Origin: Chrysomallon squamiferum
Lineage: Eukaryota; Animalia; Mollusca
Assembly: GCA_012295275.1 (NCBI GenBank)
Contig: CM022671.1
Coordinates: 11,904,001-11,968,000 of the forward strand
Direction: 5' to 3'
DNA length: 64,000 nt
The notes under the pieces are model-generated. The model ran no database searches. It had not been told where the DNA came from and worked only from the letters and a program-made list of their open reading frames with translations. Both the position numbers and the translations under genes were made by a program. Below, piece by piece: positions 13,701-27,512 of the stretch (the stretch's first letter is position 1; every line of letters starts with the position of its first letter).

Positions 13701-16700
13701 TTACAATACTGACCATTAACCTAGTCTCTTTTTTTTTTACTAAATATATAAACAGTAGTAGTAGTATTTTTATTATTATTATAATATATTTCTTTTTTCT
13801 TTTGATTATTGTTTTCATGAATCAGCAACTGCAGGATAATTTTTGAATGTAATATATTCCTGTTACTTCCTTCTTAAGCTTCATGTTAGAGATACATGCC
13901 AGTTTTCCAAGAGAAAGTCAATGAGCTTTTTCCTAGGTTTTCTCTCAAGTTCTGATGTTAATTTTCAAACAGACAAAATGAATTGTTCTTTATTTTATGA
14001 CCTACATTGTGAAATATAATGAACTTAAAACTTTGCCTTTGTCTGTTAAAAATTAAACTATGTGATCACATATATAATCACATAGACATTAGACAATAAT
14101 TTAAAGACACCTAACTCACTTCAAATTTACCAGTTTCACTTAATATTTTATCCATTGTTGTATCATTTTCAAAATTTAGAAATGAAACCCAGTTTTTGTC
14201 TTCTTTTACATTTAAAAAAACAATTAAATTCTTTAATATTCTGCATTTCTTTTTTTAATTTCTTTTTTATTATTATTAAATTATTGATAATAAATACAAA
14301 AATGTTGCAAAAATATTGAAAAACTAAAATTAACCTTTCTTTGTTTTTGTTTCTTTTGGGTCAGTTGTTTTTCTTGCTGAAAAATGCAAACACTGTTTAG
14401 TGTAATATTTTTATGAGGGACTTCTGTCTCATAAAAAACAAAAACAAGTATGAATGTGTATCTTGAAGTGTATTAACAAGACTACTGACAGAATCTGTAG
14501 TCTTGTTATTTTTTTTGCAATCTCTGTTTCCTAATTTGTTGATTTGTTAAACTATAATACATATATAATCACATAGATATTAGCCAGTAATTTAAAGACA
14601 CCTGAACTGACTTCAAATTTACCAATTTCAGTTAATGTTTTATTCACTGTATGTATTGTTTCTAGTTAACAATACCTATCATTAAAAGAGCCTTCATATG
14701 CATTTCAAAATAATAATAACGGTGTCCATAATAATTACTTTTTCAGTTCACTTTCAGGTTTGATGCCTTTGCTTATAAATAAATTTAATAAGTACATTAT
14801 ATATTATTTCTGTAAGATTTTCTCACTGTTCATTTTTGTAGCCTTTCTTCCCTTTTAACTGATTTGTTTAACTACAAACTTATTATTACTTATAAATACT
14901 TTAGAAACAAACAGTAAATAAAAAGAACCATCAGTGTATTATCTAGGCAATGGATTTTATAAGTCTGGTACTGGGGACTGTGAAACTATTTGGCAAGTCA
15001 GCCATGGCACTTGCGGTGATCACTGATGGCTACATGTGTTTTCAATCATCAATAAGTCACACAAACATTCAATCATATGCCCTGACTATGAACCAGTTTA
15101 TCAAGTGGGCCAATAGCTGTAAACAGTCCGATAAGAATTCCTTTGGAAATGGATTCTCATATTTCGCTGAGCCAGACACTGCAGTTACAGATTGCCTGCT
15201 GAAGAAAGAAAATTAAATCTATATGCTGTAGTTGTGTTGTTAGCTTATTCATATCCTGCAGCAGCATGGCAGTTAATGCTGAATTAACTACAACTGACAA
15301 ATTCATCAAGAAAACCCTACATTCCATTCTTCTTTTAATTTACACTTTCTGTGAATTTTATTTATTTGCTATAAATTAAAAATGAAAACAAACTGTTAAT
15401 CCAGTTAGGGCACTTGAATATTCAATATAAACATTAAATTTAAAGTTTGAAATAATAATACAATCACGTCACTATATTCATATATCTGTATGGAAAACAA
15501 TAATCCTTTTTGTATATAATCAAAAACAGAACTAATCTCAAAATAGCCATTTATGATATATCATATTTTAACTGTAATGGGCTTTGAATACCAATATACT
15601 ATGTAAACCTTCTAACCTTTTTTCTATAAAATCACATTATTAATACTCTTGGTTTTGTTATTTTCCTTTAGCAATAAAATGCCTATCTCCATTTCATGGT
15701 GAACTTTTAATTATATTTTGTTAAGTAAATCTAAATGTTAGTAAACTGAAGCTTCAATAAATAAATGTCTTGATTAATTTTAATAAATTTCATATCTATC
15801 CAATACAAAAAGCAAAAAGAAAAAGGCATCATTAAGTATAATTTACCAGCATAAAAGCTGACAACTTAATAAGTTCATGATCAGTAAATGGTATTATTGG
15901 TGAATAATTTTTGAAATTTGTTCTCAAGTGCTCCAATTCGCTAACTGGCAAATAAAAGTTGGTGATTACCACTGAATAAAGCTGATTACATTATGTGAAA
16001 AGTTCAATTGCCGTCAATCATAACAATCTCCACTTTCAGCCTTTGTCACAAGATACACAGCCCACATCCTGCTGAATCCTAAAAGCCAGTTCCTAACACA
16101 AAACCCATTAAATAATGATTTCAATTTGTGGAGTTAACAACTTCTGGTCTGAGGTATTGCACACGAGGCAATTGTTGGCATTCCACAGTTGATTTGAGCA
16201 GCACTGATATACATAAGCCAATATGATGATGAAATCAACGAATGTCAGAGATCAATCTGCTGGCGCCAAACCCCCATTAGAAACATCCTATCTAGATTCC
16301 ATACAGGAAACAACTTCACAGAGATATGTGTCCACAATTTACTTATTAAAACACTCTTCACAAGAAAACATTGTTACTGTGTTTTAGAAACAACCAAGTG
16401 ATTGATTAACTTCAGATAGCAATATGAATATATGCTCTTCTTCTTAACCAGGTTAATATTGTTTTTGTCAAATAAAGTTTTATACATCATTCTTATGTGT
16501 TAAATTAAAACAATCTGGTTTCAGTAACTAGTAATAATGAATAGAAAATATTTTATTGACTACGAACAGGTAAGATTAATGTGTAAAATAATAAGACAGC
16601 TGTTTTTATTTTTCTCTTTTTATCTAAATGACAGCTGGAAGTAATTGCTAATGGCTTGTGCAGTATTGTAAGGTTAAAAAATTAAATTTAAAAAATAAGT

Positions 16701-17281
16701 GAATAAATGAATGTAAAGTAAATATATTAAACAAATAATAAGATATTTTTATTGTTGCAGGTGTAATTTTAATTTGATGTGATAGTTAATTACTTAAAGT
16801 TGTTTTCTTTTCTGATCATTACAATGGATATAAGTATTATTTATTATTTTACTTACTAACCTTTACGTTGTTTTTAGACATTAAGTACACCACTAAGAAT
16901 TTGTTCAATGAATATTTTCAAATGAAAATGTTAAATGAAGAAGTCAGGCTTTTTGAAGAGTAGATTAATACATGAGGACAATTAAGATTTTACACATTCA
17001 GACAAAAGTCAAATTATACTTTATAATGTTTTGACTGACAATAGATTGACTTGGCTTTTCATCATGTAACCTAATATAGAGATAACTGATAACTACATGC
17101 TACACATTTAACATGGAATATTAATGGATGAATTACATGGAATTATGAAATTGTTAATAATAATATATTATTATCTGTAATTAAATTATGGACACATAAA
17201 TGAAAATAATTGGTTATGACTGCACATTTTCATGTACATGAAATTATGACTTAATAGTACACCATATTGAAAAATTGATAT

Positions 17282-17320
<39 letters not shown>

Positions 17321-20300
17321 ACACACATTAATTCTCACATATACACATATATATCTACAAATTGATAGCATAAGGGAAATGTTTGTTTTAGAATATTATT
17401 AATGCAGATACAAGTTTAACAGAATGGTAATTTTTTCCCACCTATTTTCTTTAATCTATGCATAATAGAGGATTATAGAAGGGACTCCAATAGAAAAATA
17501 TATCAATAATTTATGATCTGTTTCATAATTGTGTATGACCAACAACAAAAGCTTGGAAGTTGATGAAGTTTATTGATTTTTTTTACGATTTTGAAGACAT
17601 CTCTAAAGACATGGGAAAATGGAAGCCAAGTAATGAAGTGCTGACTTTCAACTGTGTCCTCAATAAGAAATCAATACAATTGACAGAGACCCATCTGTCG
17701 GTCTGGGTATGTATAATCCTATCGAGATCAACACTAGTCTGAATCCATCAGTCAATAAACTAGATATATTTTGCCATATGTTGATGGATTTTTAAAGTTT
17801 ATAATGAAACCATTTTGACACGCTGTGACAAAAATCAATTCAGCACCAATCAATGTCAATTTGTAACCCCATCAAGACCAGCTCTGATTAATGGAGGGAT
17901 GAAACATTTCAAAGAGAGATAATCAATATTGCATTGTCACAAAACTAAACACTGATTTTCTTTCTCTCTTTTTTTTTTAAAATTTTTTTTCATTTTTCAT
18001 TATTCTTGTCTTTTAATTTTTAATTTTTTTTTCTGGGGGGTTGTTTGTTACTTTTAGGATTATTGATTTGTCAGTGTAGAATGTCAGTAATCCTCAACTC
18101 AAAGTCAGCAATCAGATGTGCAGAAAATACTCTGTTGTTTTCTCTTTGTGAAAACCAAGTCATATTCATATACCCAATCAATCGATGTCTAAATGGGTAA
18201 AATTAACTTGATATATGGAACAAAACATCCATAAAGACATCCCTTTACAAAGTGATTGGAAATGTTCACATGTACATGCTATTGTCTGCAGAAATCAATA
18301 GCCTGGTATTTACATGGCCTAGCATCCTGAACCAAGGAGGTACACAAAAGATCGCTCAGGCTAAGGTTTTTATGTCTGAACACTACAACACGGGAGTCTT
18401 CCTTTCACACACACATTTTATTATTATTCAATCTGAAACTTCCATCAATAAGCTAATCATAAGCTTAGTGTGTGCAAATTACAGCAAAAAGATGGGCACA
18501 CAAAATCAATTCATACTCACCAATTTCATACTACATAATTCTGTAGAGATGAAGAAAATCAATTTATAAAAGTTTTTCATCCTCATTGATAATGGGCAGT
18601 ACTGAAAGTATTCCACTAAAAACTATCTTGAATCAATAAAAGTTTTTGAGTGAAAACCTTTCTTTCACTTTTTTTAATAAAGAAAAAAAAATGTTTTTTC
18701 AAGATCCATTGTCAAATACCATCTACAAATCTCCTACCTTTAGAAAGAAATGGTAATCGATAATTCTATAAATCTGAGATTTTTTTTAAACTGTTTTACT
18801 GATGGACAGGTCTATACTGAAAAGAATATCAACACAAAATTCATTATGTTTTCATCTCATCAATACAATGATTTTGAAGAGAACTCTTTTTTTTGTATTA
18901 TTATTATTATTAGTTTTTTCTTGGATTGGTTTAAAAACAATACATTTAATATACTTTTGTGTGTGTGTGTGTGTTTGACTAAAACCCTATTAAGATTAAT
19001 ATTAATTTATTAAAAGAAAACAATAAAATTCCTTGTGACTCTGTCACTACCTTAATTTGTTATAACTTGTAATAACTGTCAAATGGATTGTTTTGTTATT
19101 TTTAAATAAACCAAATATTTAAGCTTCAATAATTGCCTGTTTAGTCATAATGATAATTTTCTAAGTCATCAGCCTATATATTTTTATTTCTCCAGTTCAA
19201 TTCCTCTGCAAGCAACTATCTAGTTAAAAAAATAATAATAATAACCCCCACTAAAAAAACTCTACAAAAATAAAGATATATATTATATATATAAATATAT
19301 ATAAAATAAATAATAGTAATCTGTCAAAAGAAAAATATGTCAAGTTATGGAAAAGGAACAGTGAACTTAAAATAATAACATTTAATATTAAACAAAATTA
19401 CTAAAAACCTACATTCCATAAGTTTTTTAAAAATGTAATAATTCTAATTTTTTTTTTTTAATTTAAAAAAAAAATAATAAAAAACAACTTTAAGTGATTT
19501 TTCATTTTTTGTTATGTATTACTGAATTTATGAGTCAATAATTTGCAGCTGCTTCTATGAGAGAAAACCAAACATGCTGCATGCTTTTTACTTTACCAGA
19601 GTTCTGCCCATGTCAGGGTATTGAACTCAGTCATGCAGTATTTTATCTATGTCTATCACATACTTTGTAGCCTTTGAGTTGTGTTACAATACTTCTTAAA
19701 GTTATATAACATTACATGTAAGTGACTTCATAAATTTTATGTTTTTGTAGACTTACTGAAGGCAATCCCAACACACACTTTTTTATTTCCTGCTAAGTGA
19801 TGATGATAATAATAATAATAATAATAATAATACATTTTCATAGATAATTATATCAACAGGAGCTTCTTTAAAAAGTAAATGACCATTATCATTTGAAAAA
19901 AGAAAACATTTCTGAAATTATTTTGTGATTTAATATCCAGTAATTTGAAAGATTAATTTATAAAAAAACATTATGTAAAATACTATTATATTTATTATTT
20001 TTTAATATTATTATTATATACATTTTTTAATGTAAAAGACTAAATAAATAAATTTTGTATACTTCAAATCCATTAACTTGAACTGATAATTGTGTATCTA
20101 TATCTATATCTGTACATATACACACACACTTTTTTTAATTTCTTTTTTTAAAGTAATAGGTCTAATAAATAATATTGTATCTTTATAACATGCAGAAAGT
20201 TTCTGAATACCAGTGAATACAAGTGTGTTGAAAAATTCCAGTTTGTCTTATAGGTGTTATAATCCCTTTCCTGCTGGGTTGATGTATCAAACAAGTAAGT

Positions 20301-22110
20301 GTTTATTCCTATCCTCAAATAAGGAGAACCCTAATTGACCTACAAGTGTCCAAACTGTAAACCATTATAGAATACAATGAAAAGTTGTTGTGACTAATTG
20401 GAACACAATAAAGAAATGTTTGGTGTTTGCTTTAACACAAAGACTTTGAGCTATTTTAAGCTGAAACTGTTTCATTCAGTGGAAAACAATAAACCAATCT
20501 ACTAAATATACTGACAGTTGAAAACTGAAGTAAATAAACAAAAACATTTGATAGTTATTTAGTGGAAAGGAAATAAATGTATTTATGAGATATTCCACAT
20601 ATTGAAACTTCCTGAGAAAGTTCTTGAAATTAATGTAAACAATTTCTATAAAAATTAATTAAATGTATATAATAAATACTTGAACCAAATATTCCAAAAA
20701 AAAAAAAATAATAATAATCATTTAAATACAATAATCTACACATTAGATTTTTATTTCAATATTTATATTTTAACAAAATCACAAATAGTAAAAAGCTAAA
20801 AGAAATTTTTCGTATTTATTTATTTTGTTTTGTTATAAAACTTATAAATTAATATCAGTAATTATCATGAAATCTGCAGAAAAGTACAGGGTTAACATTC
20901 GTCAGGTGTTATTGTGATAAAAGGTAATAAAATCATTATACTAGTTTAATAAAAGTAACAGTTGCAGTAAACTTCAATGATATGAGCTTACACGAACGGG
21001 AAGTAATGGCTTTTAGTAGCAGAATCCTAGGAGAAGTTAGTTTTCTGCAATGATATGTTGAGATGCATGTTGTCAGTCATGTATATGACTGTTTTATCTG
21101 ATCCCCAAGCGCCAAATCAATAAAGGACATTTGTTTATGATTATCATCTTTTGCACACTCCTAAAACATCTACAGTGTCACGTGTGGGTGAGATCAACTG
21201 AGGCCCAACTTTATTGAAAAAGTTGTGATGTCTGATACTATGAAAACTTTCTTTCCCTACTTATCCCCAATACCTTACATATACTCACGCAGTGTCCACT
21301 TAGGCATGTCTAGCAAATAAATACAATTGGAGTCAAGACTTCATTCTAATTTTGTCTTAAGCTCAGGTTAATAATGTGTCAAATAAAGAAAACAAATACA
21401 TATTATGCTTTTGACAAAAGGATGCCTACACTGTTGCAATAATGTGAGCCAGCGTTGGCCTTTAAATGGCCTACTTCTGCAAACAATCTAAACAAACAAC
21501 TAACTACACACAACATGTCATCAACCAGACAGAAAATACAATTTTATTAATGTGTAATTGTTTGTTTGTTATCTTTAAATCAGTCACTAAACTAAATTTT
21601 AGTGAAATTTTAATTTACAAACTAATAGTAACTCTTTCACTAATAAAAGGCGTCCCAGGACCTATTTTTGGCATCTGAAGCAGGAGGCAGGTGCCCCCCT
21701 TTCCCTATCAACATCACCGATCGCTTTCACGCGACGCAAGTTTCCAAACTTTTCTAAACTTTCCGTTCCCTGTGTCTAAAGTTAAAAGTTTCCGTACAAA
21801 CAGAAAATTAATTTTCCATTTAAACTAAAGTTCAGTTAATCGCGTCAGCTGCTGATGTGATCCTTCGAACAAAGAGCTGCGATCCCAGATCGCCATATTG
21901 ATCAATAACGATATTTTATCAATAGGATCACCGAATTTAAATGGCCATGACTCTTCCGAAACGCCCGGTGATCTAAAACATAGTAAATCAAAATCTAACC
22001 ACATGTAAGCAATTATTAATGTTAAATATGAAAACTGTTGAGCTTACCTGCAGTTCTTGCAAATTAAAGTTTTTCCAATACTGACACATCGACTGCACAT
22101 TCGCAGCCAT
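2893..22110 (-). CDS. CUX1: CUX1/CASP (cut-like homeobox / CASP) N-terminal coiled-coil coding exons 1-4; gene continues beyond the left edge
   Basis: Minus-strand exons 22110-22048 ([21 protein letters not shown]), 10016-9906 ([37 protein letters not shown]), 6905-6779 ([42 protein letters not shown]), 3030-2893 ([46 protein letters not shown]). All GT-AG with consistent phases 0,0,1,1. Closely matches the shared CUX1/CASP N-terminus as I recall it ([25 protein letters not shown]...[22 protein letters not shown]). No CUT or homeodomain exons lie in the window. Confidence 0.95.
10260..10307. repeat. (TG)n microsatellite
   Basis: Direct reading; a second (TG)n lies at ~10658-10710. Confidence 0.95.
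14053..14650. repeat. Imperfect ~100-bp direct repeat pair in CUX1 intron 1
   Basis: TTAAACTA...CATATATAATCACATAGA.ATTAG.CA.TAATTTAAAGACACCT...CTTCAAATTTACCA.TTTCA.TTAAT occurs at ~14053-14160 and ~14547-14650. Confidence 0.75.
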
Positions 22111-22366
22111 CTTGAACGGGATTATAGGCTTCTCGATCGATTGATCACATGACTGGGTCTGATCGAATATAGTCTCCAACGAGCCACCTCTTTGTAAACT
22201 CTCTTTGAAGTGGTTTCAGAAAATTAGGCAAAGCACATATCAGATGCATTGAGCATTATTTTGTCCAGAACAGTGTCCATTGTAATATCAGACATTATTT
22301 AAGCCGTATACTTGAGAATATAGTATATTTATGCGACTTTCGTTTTGGTAGAGATTATTTTTCAAG
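22111..22366. promoter_or_regulatory. Bidirectional promoter shared by CUX1 (-) and NUP88 (+)
   Basis: Only 256 bp separate the two divergent ATGs (22110 and 22367). CpG is locally enriched over ~21700-22650 against a CpG-poor background. Both ATGs sit in TTCAAGATGGC. Confidence 0.8.
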
Positions 22367-23269
22367 ATGGCAGCCTCCAGTTCTTGGTGCGCTGATTTGA
22401 ATTCTCATCAGTTATGCAAGATATTAAAAGAAAACAATGCTAAAGATACACGAAGAAAGCAAGCCAATGATGCCAAACAATTGATCTTAACATACGATTC
22501 AGATCTCTATATCTGGGATTCGTATGCGTGTCACCTTATTTACTTTAACATAAAGAACCTGTTACCGGAAGCAAAGGGCAAGGCAAATCATTATCAGGTA
22601 GACTTGATGCTGTTCGTTCCACTATTTTATAGTCGATTCGAGTAATTAAATAATCATTCTTCCGCTATTGGACATGACTGATACATTATTAAATTCTCAT
22701 TACATTAATAGAAGTTAATATTAATATATTTAATATATGGCACATTTGTAAGTTAAACCTTGGTTTACAGGTTACAGGCAAAACTAATTTAACTTAAGAA
22801 TATATAACTTTTTAACTTTAAAAATTTCATAAGCAAAATTCTTATAAAATTAATAAATATAATATTTCGTTTATTTAGACTGCATCATCATCTTCAAATA
22901 AATAATTCCAGTAATTAATTTTTTATATGCACAGAGATAAGTTTACAAAGACAGTCATATAGGAATATATATCCCTAATACTGTTATTTTTTCAGTGCTG
23001 CCCTATATGATGTATATCATATTTTTACTTAGAAAGTAGATGTGCAATTGGAAATGTGTTCACTTCTTATACTAACTGATAGAATTTTGGCAGGGTTCAG
23101 CTAAAGCAAAATCTGACAAAAATTTGCTGTATAAATTTAATTTGATGTTCAATCTCTATAAAATAAATAAGGACTTTAACTAGGTTTATGGTATTTACAA
23201 TGATACTCATATTGTCTACTTCTAATTTAAAAAAAATAAAAATTATTATATTTATTTTTATTTATTTAT

Positions 23270-23341
<72 letters not shown>

Positions 23342-25379
23342 TTAAGTCTATAAAACTTAACTTAACTTTTTTAACAGATGCTGAAATGAAATATGCTGGT
23401 TGTATTTTGTTGCAATTGTTTTATAAAAATGCTGATTAAATTGTTTTAAACTGTGCATTTAATTATTTTAGGACTTTTTTCTGTTATTCTGGTTATTTTT
23501 TAAATTTAAGAAAAAATAAGTTGAATTTATTTTTTTACTTTTATTTTCAGATGCATGATATCTTAGATTATTATGCCACTGTAAATGATACTAGTTAAAT
23601 GACAGAAATTGTCCATTAAAATGTAAGAATAAACCAAAAATATTAAAGTATTTCCAAAACTGTACTAGAGACTCAGTCTGATATGACTTCTGTCATCAGC
23701 TCTTAAAGATATATATATATATATAAGATTCTGTTTGATATTTGATTAGTTTATTCATATTTTAACCAAAAGAAAAGAAAAGAAAGTATTTTCAAAGAAT
23801 ATATTATTTTGGTTTTATTTTCAGCTGAATTTTATTACTTTCTGATATTTAAGAATTAATGGTAGTGTTAAATAGAAATATATCATAAATGTTTAATATG
23901 GAACATATCATCTTTAGTACTTGAACAGAAGAACAGTTAGATATATTTTAATAAAAACCAATGAGATTATCAAAATTATATGGCTTTCATCCAAAAAGGT
24001 GGAATTACATTTTTAAAATACTTTAAATTTTAAATGCCTTTTGTTGACATTTGCTGTTTACTTTAGAAGTTTGTATTATTTTAAGAATTTTATATTTTTT
24101 GAAAATGCTTTTTACATTTGTATTTTTATTTTTAGTGGTTTTTTTTAGATTTTTCATAAGAAGAATTTAGTGAACATTATCTTCTTATTTAGTTTTAATT
24201 TAATGTGCAGTAATAATTATAAAGATGGGTTTTATTGACCTTGTTTGTTTAAAAGGTTAGGGTACAGAAATAAATATATACATAAGATTTCTTCATTAAG
24301 TGAATCCTGTGAAAACCTATGCTTATTTTCATAAATTTCAGCTACATATTTGAAGTTAACTAATCAGATAATCTCATGGCTCAGTTTGTGAAGAAATTTT
24401 GTTTTAGAGGACATGAATTAACTATTTATTGTCTGGTGTAAAGAGAAAAATATTATTTTGAACAACTTCTGATAACAGACATTTTGTGAAAATTATTTCA
24501 TTTTTTTTTTATATATATATATCCTTTATCTCAATTTAAAACATCTTTGGAAAAGATATAGAAATTAAAATTCTTTGCATTGTTTACTTAATCAAATTGA
24601 TGTATCATTCAAGCAATTTGTGTTTATCATTGGAGAAGACAGACTGATTTCATATTTAAATGCTGTGATAAAACTATATGGCATCATTAGAATGTTTTTA
24701 TTATTTATTTATTTATTTATTTTCATACTTTTATATATATATATTATTTATTTTTATTTTATTTTTTTAATTTAATCCTTGTGTTGGAACTGACTAAAGA
24801 GATACTTCTAACTATGGGAAATATGATAAATTTGTTTAAAAAGTAAAGCAGGAAGTGTGTGTCTTCATTTAAACAAAACTGTGTCATTAACAGTGAAGTA
24901 AAATATATTGTACATTTTTTTCTTTTAACGCACACACAAACACTTTTATGCATCATACACACACATTAGTATTTATTTATTTATTTCTGTTGTTTTATTT
25001 TATCTTTATTCTGTCCACCTAAATAATCATTTTAAACACAGGATTAATACTTTAGTGTTGTTTCTTTACTGTAAAAACAATAAATAAAACAATTAAAAAT
25101 ATCCAAATATCCAATAACTACAGTTTAAAAATTAATCAGTAATTATGAAAATAATTATATGCAAACAGAAAACACAAATGATTATGTTTGGTGTATACAT
25201 GTATAAGAAAACCGTTTACCTTTTATTCTCAGATCTTTGCTAAAACTGTATACTGCAAAAATAGTATTAGGTAATGCCTTTTTAAATTGTGTGATGACTC
25301 AGAAAACTTGTTATAATTTATAACATAATATTGAACAAAACAGTGCATTGATCTCTCTCTCTCTCTCTCTCTCTCTCTT

Positions 25380-25451
<72 letters not shown>

Positions 25452-27455
25452 AAATCAAAATGTCCGTTGTTGTTTTTTTTACCCCAGGTGACATGTCCAG
25501 TGTTTGTGGCAGGTCTGTGTTGTTAACAACCACAAGTTCTTAACACTAAAAATCCTGTCATTGAGATAAACTATTAGTTTTGGTTTATTTGTTTCAGATG
25601 CTGCTGTGCACCAATGCTCCACTTTTTGAAGTTGAAGAGTTGTGCATGAGTCCTTCTGGAAGTCATATTGCTGTCTGGGGTCAGCTTGGTATCACAGTTT
25701 TGGCACTGCCTCGTAGATGGGGCAAATTTGCTGAATTTGAAGGAGGAAAAGATATCGTATCATGCAGGTTTGTCATTTGAATTCATTGTTTGTTACTTAT
25801 AAAAACTAAAACCTAATATTTAAATTTTTTGTTCACATAATGGATGGATCCTTCAGTTTTTGTTCGTGCTTATATTTATTTCATTTTATAATTTATTATT
25901 ATAATTATTATTAATATTAATTATTTATTTATTTTTAATCATGTTATCAAATTAAGATGAAAAGTAAGTTACATGTAAATAAATAAAACAGAATTATGAT
26001 ATTTTGTCCTAATTAAATGCATTAATTTCGGTGAAGTCTATTGGGGTCTGTCCAACAATCTTGAAACTGTTTTTTAAATTTCAGATCTATATTTTTTACA
26101 GGACAATTCCAATAGCCCAGCGTTACTTTGCAAACAGACAAGGGATAAAATTACATCGGGTTGTGTGGCATCCAGGTAGCAAAGCTGCAGAGCATCTTGC
26201 AGTCCTCACATCAGATAACATATTCAGGTACATGCTAACTTTAAATGAGTTAACACTGATTAAAAATATGTTACAGTGTTCACAACTCCTGTATTGTTGC
26301 TACTGTATTCAGTGTATAAATCATTTTATGTCTTTTCTATCTAGAGAATCACAATTACCCAAACAGAATTAAAAAAAAAATGATAGTCTTCATTTGTCTT
26401 TGTGAAATTATTCTGATGTGACAGTTTATTACCAGCAAAGGCTGGGATTTAGTAATAAGTAAATAAATCATTTGAAAACATTAAAAACAAAACAAAAGAG
26501 AACTGTTTCTGTTTAATTTCAAGATGGATAACTTAGTATTTCTATTGATATTCTTCTAAATATTAACATTCTCTCTTTTTTTCAATCAGTATTTACAGTA
26601 TCACTGAATGTGACAAACCAGAACAGGTGATTCACCTTGATGACGGTGAATTTGATTTCAATGTTTCTCCATCAAAAATGACTTTCAGTTCTGCACTGGG
26701 AGAGACAGCAGTGTCTTTTGATTTTGGACCTCCCATTGAACTAAAGTCAAAACCTCATCTTGGTGTTGTCAGTGGGGAAGAAGACATTCAAATCTGGCCT
26801 GCTTACATTGTCAAGGGAAATGGTGATATTCTGGTGACATATACAGTTTTAAACCAAGAAAGGTATTTCTAATATATTTATACCGTATCTGTCTACTATT
26901 AGTTTATTTTATTTTTATTCATATTTATTTATGTGGCATTTTATTCCATTTTCTATCAGTCCACATCATTTCCAGCAGTTTTTCATTTATTCATTTACTG
27001 ATTTAGTGACACTTTTATATTTTTTTGGTTTTAAATCTTTAACCTTACCCAACATTGGCTATATTAGAGACTGAGACCAGTGTGAATAAACCAGAACCAT
27101 AAAAGGATATAGGCAGATACAAAGAGCTCAATACTTTTATATATATTTTATATGTTTTTCAGACAAATTAAGCTACCCATTCAGGGCCCACTAGTGATGC
27201 ACCCTCCAGCTGATGATAACTATGGTGTTGATGCCTGTGCAGTGTTGTGTCTGAATTTTACTCCCCCTGTGTTGGTGGTGACGACACGAGAAGGAAGACT
27301 ACATCACTGTGTTCTTCTTAGTGACAATGACAACACAGACCTTCCCTTTCAGGTAGCTGCAGTATACTGAAACTTTAGACACTCATACTTCTGCAACCAA
27401 CACAAGAGTAGTAATTATTTTTAGTTGTGATAAATTGTTTACATATGTGAGTTAT

Positions 27456-27512
<57 letters not shown>

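Noticed and set aside
14950-15216. 88-aa plus-strand ORF in CUX1 intron 1 (and similar ones at 18252 and 8647)
   Set aside because: No recognisable domain and no splice partners. More likely non-coding islands.
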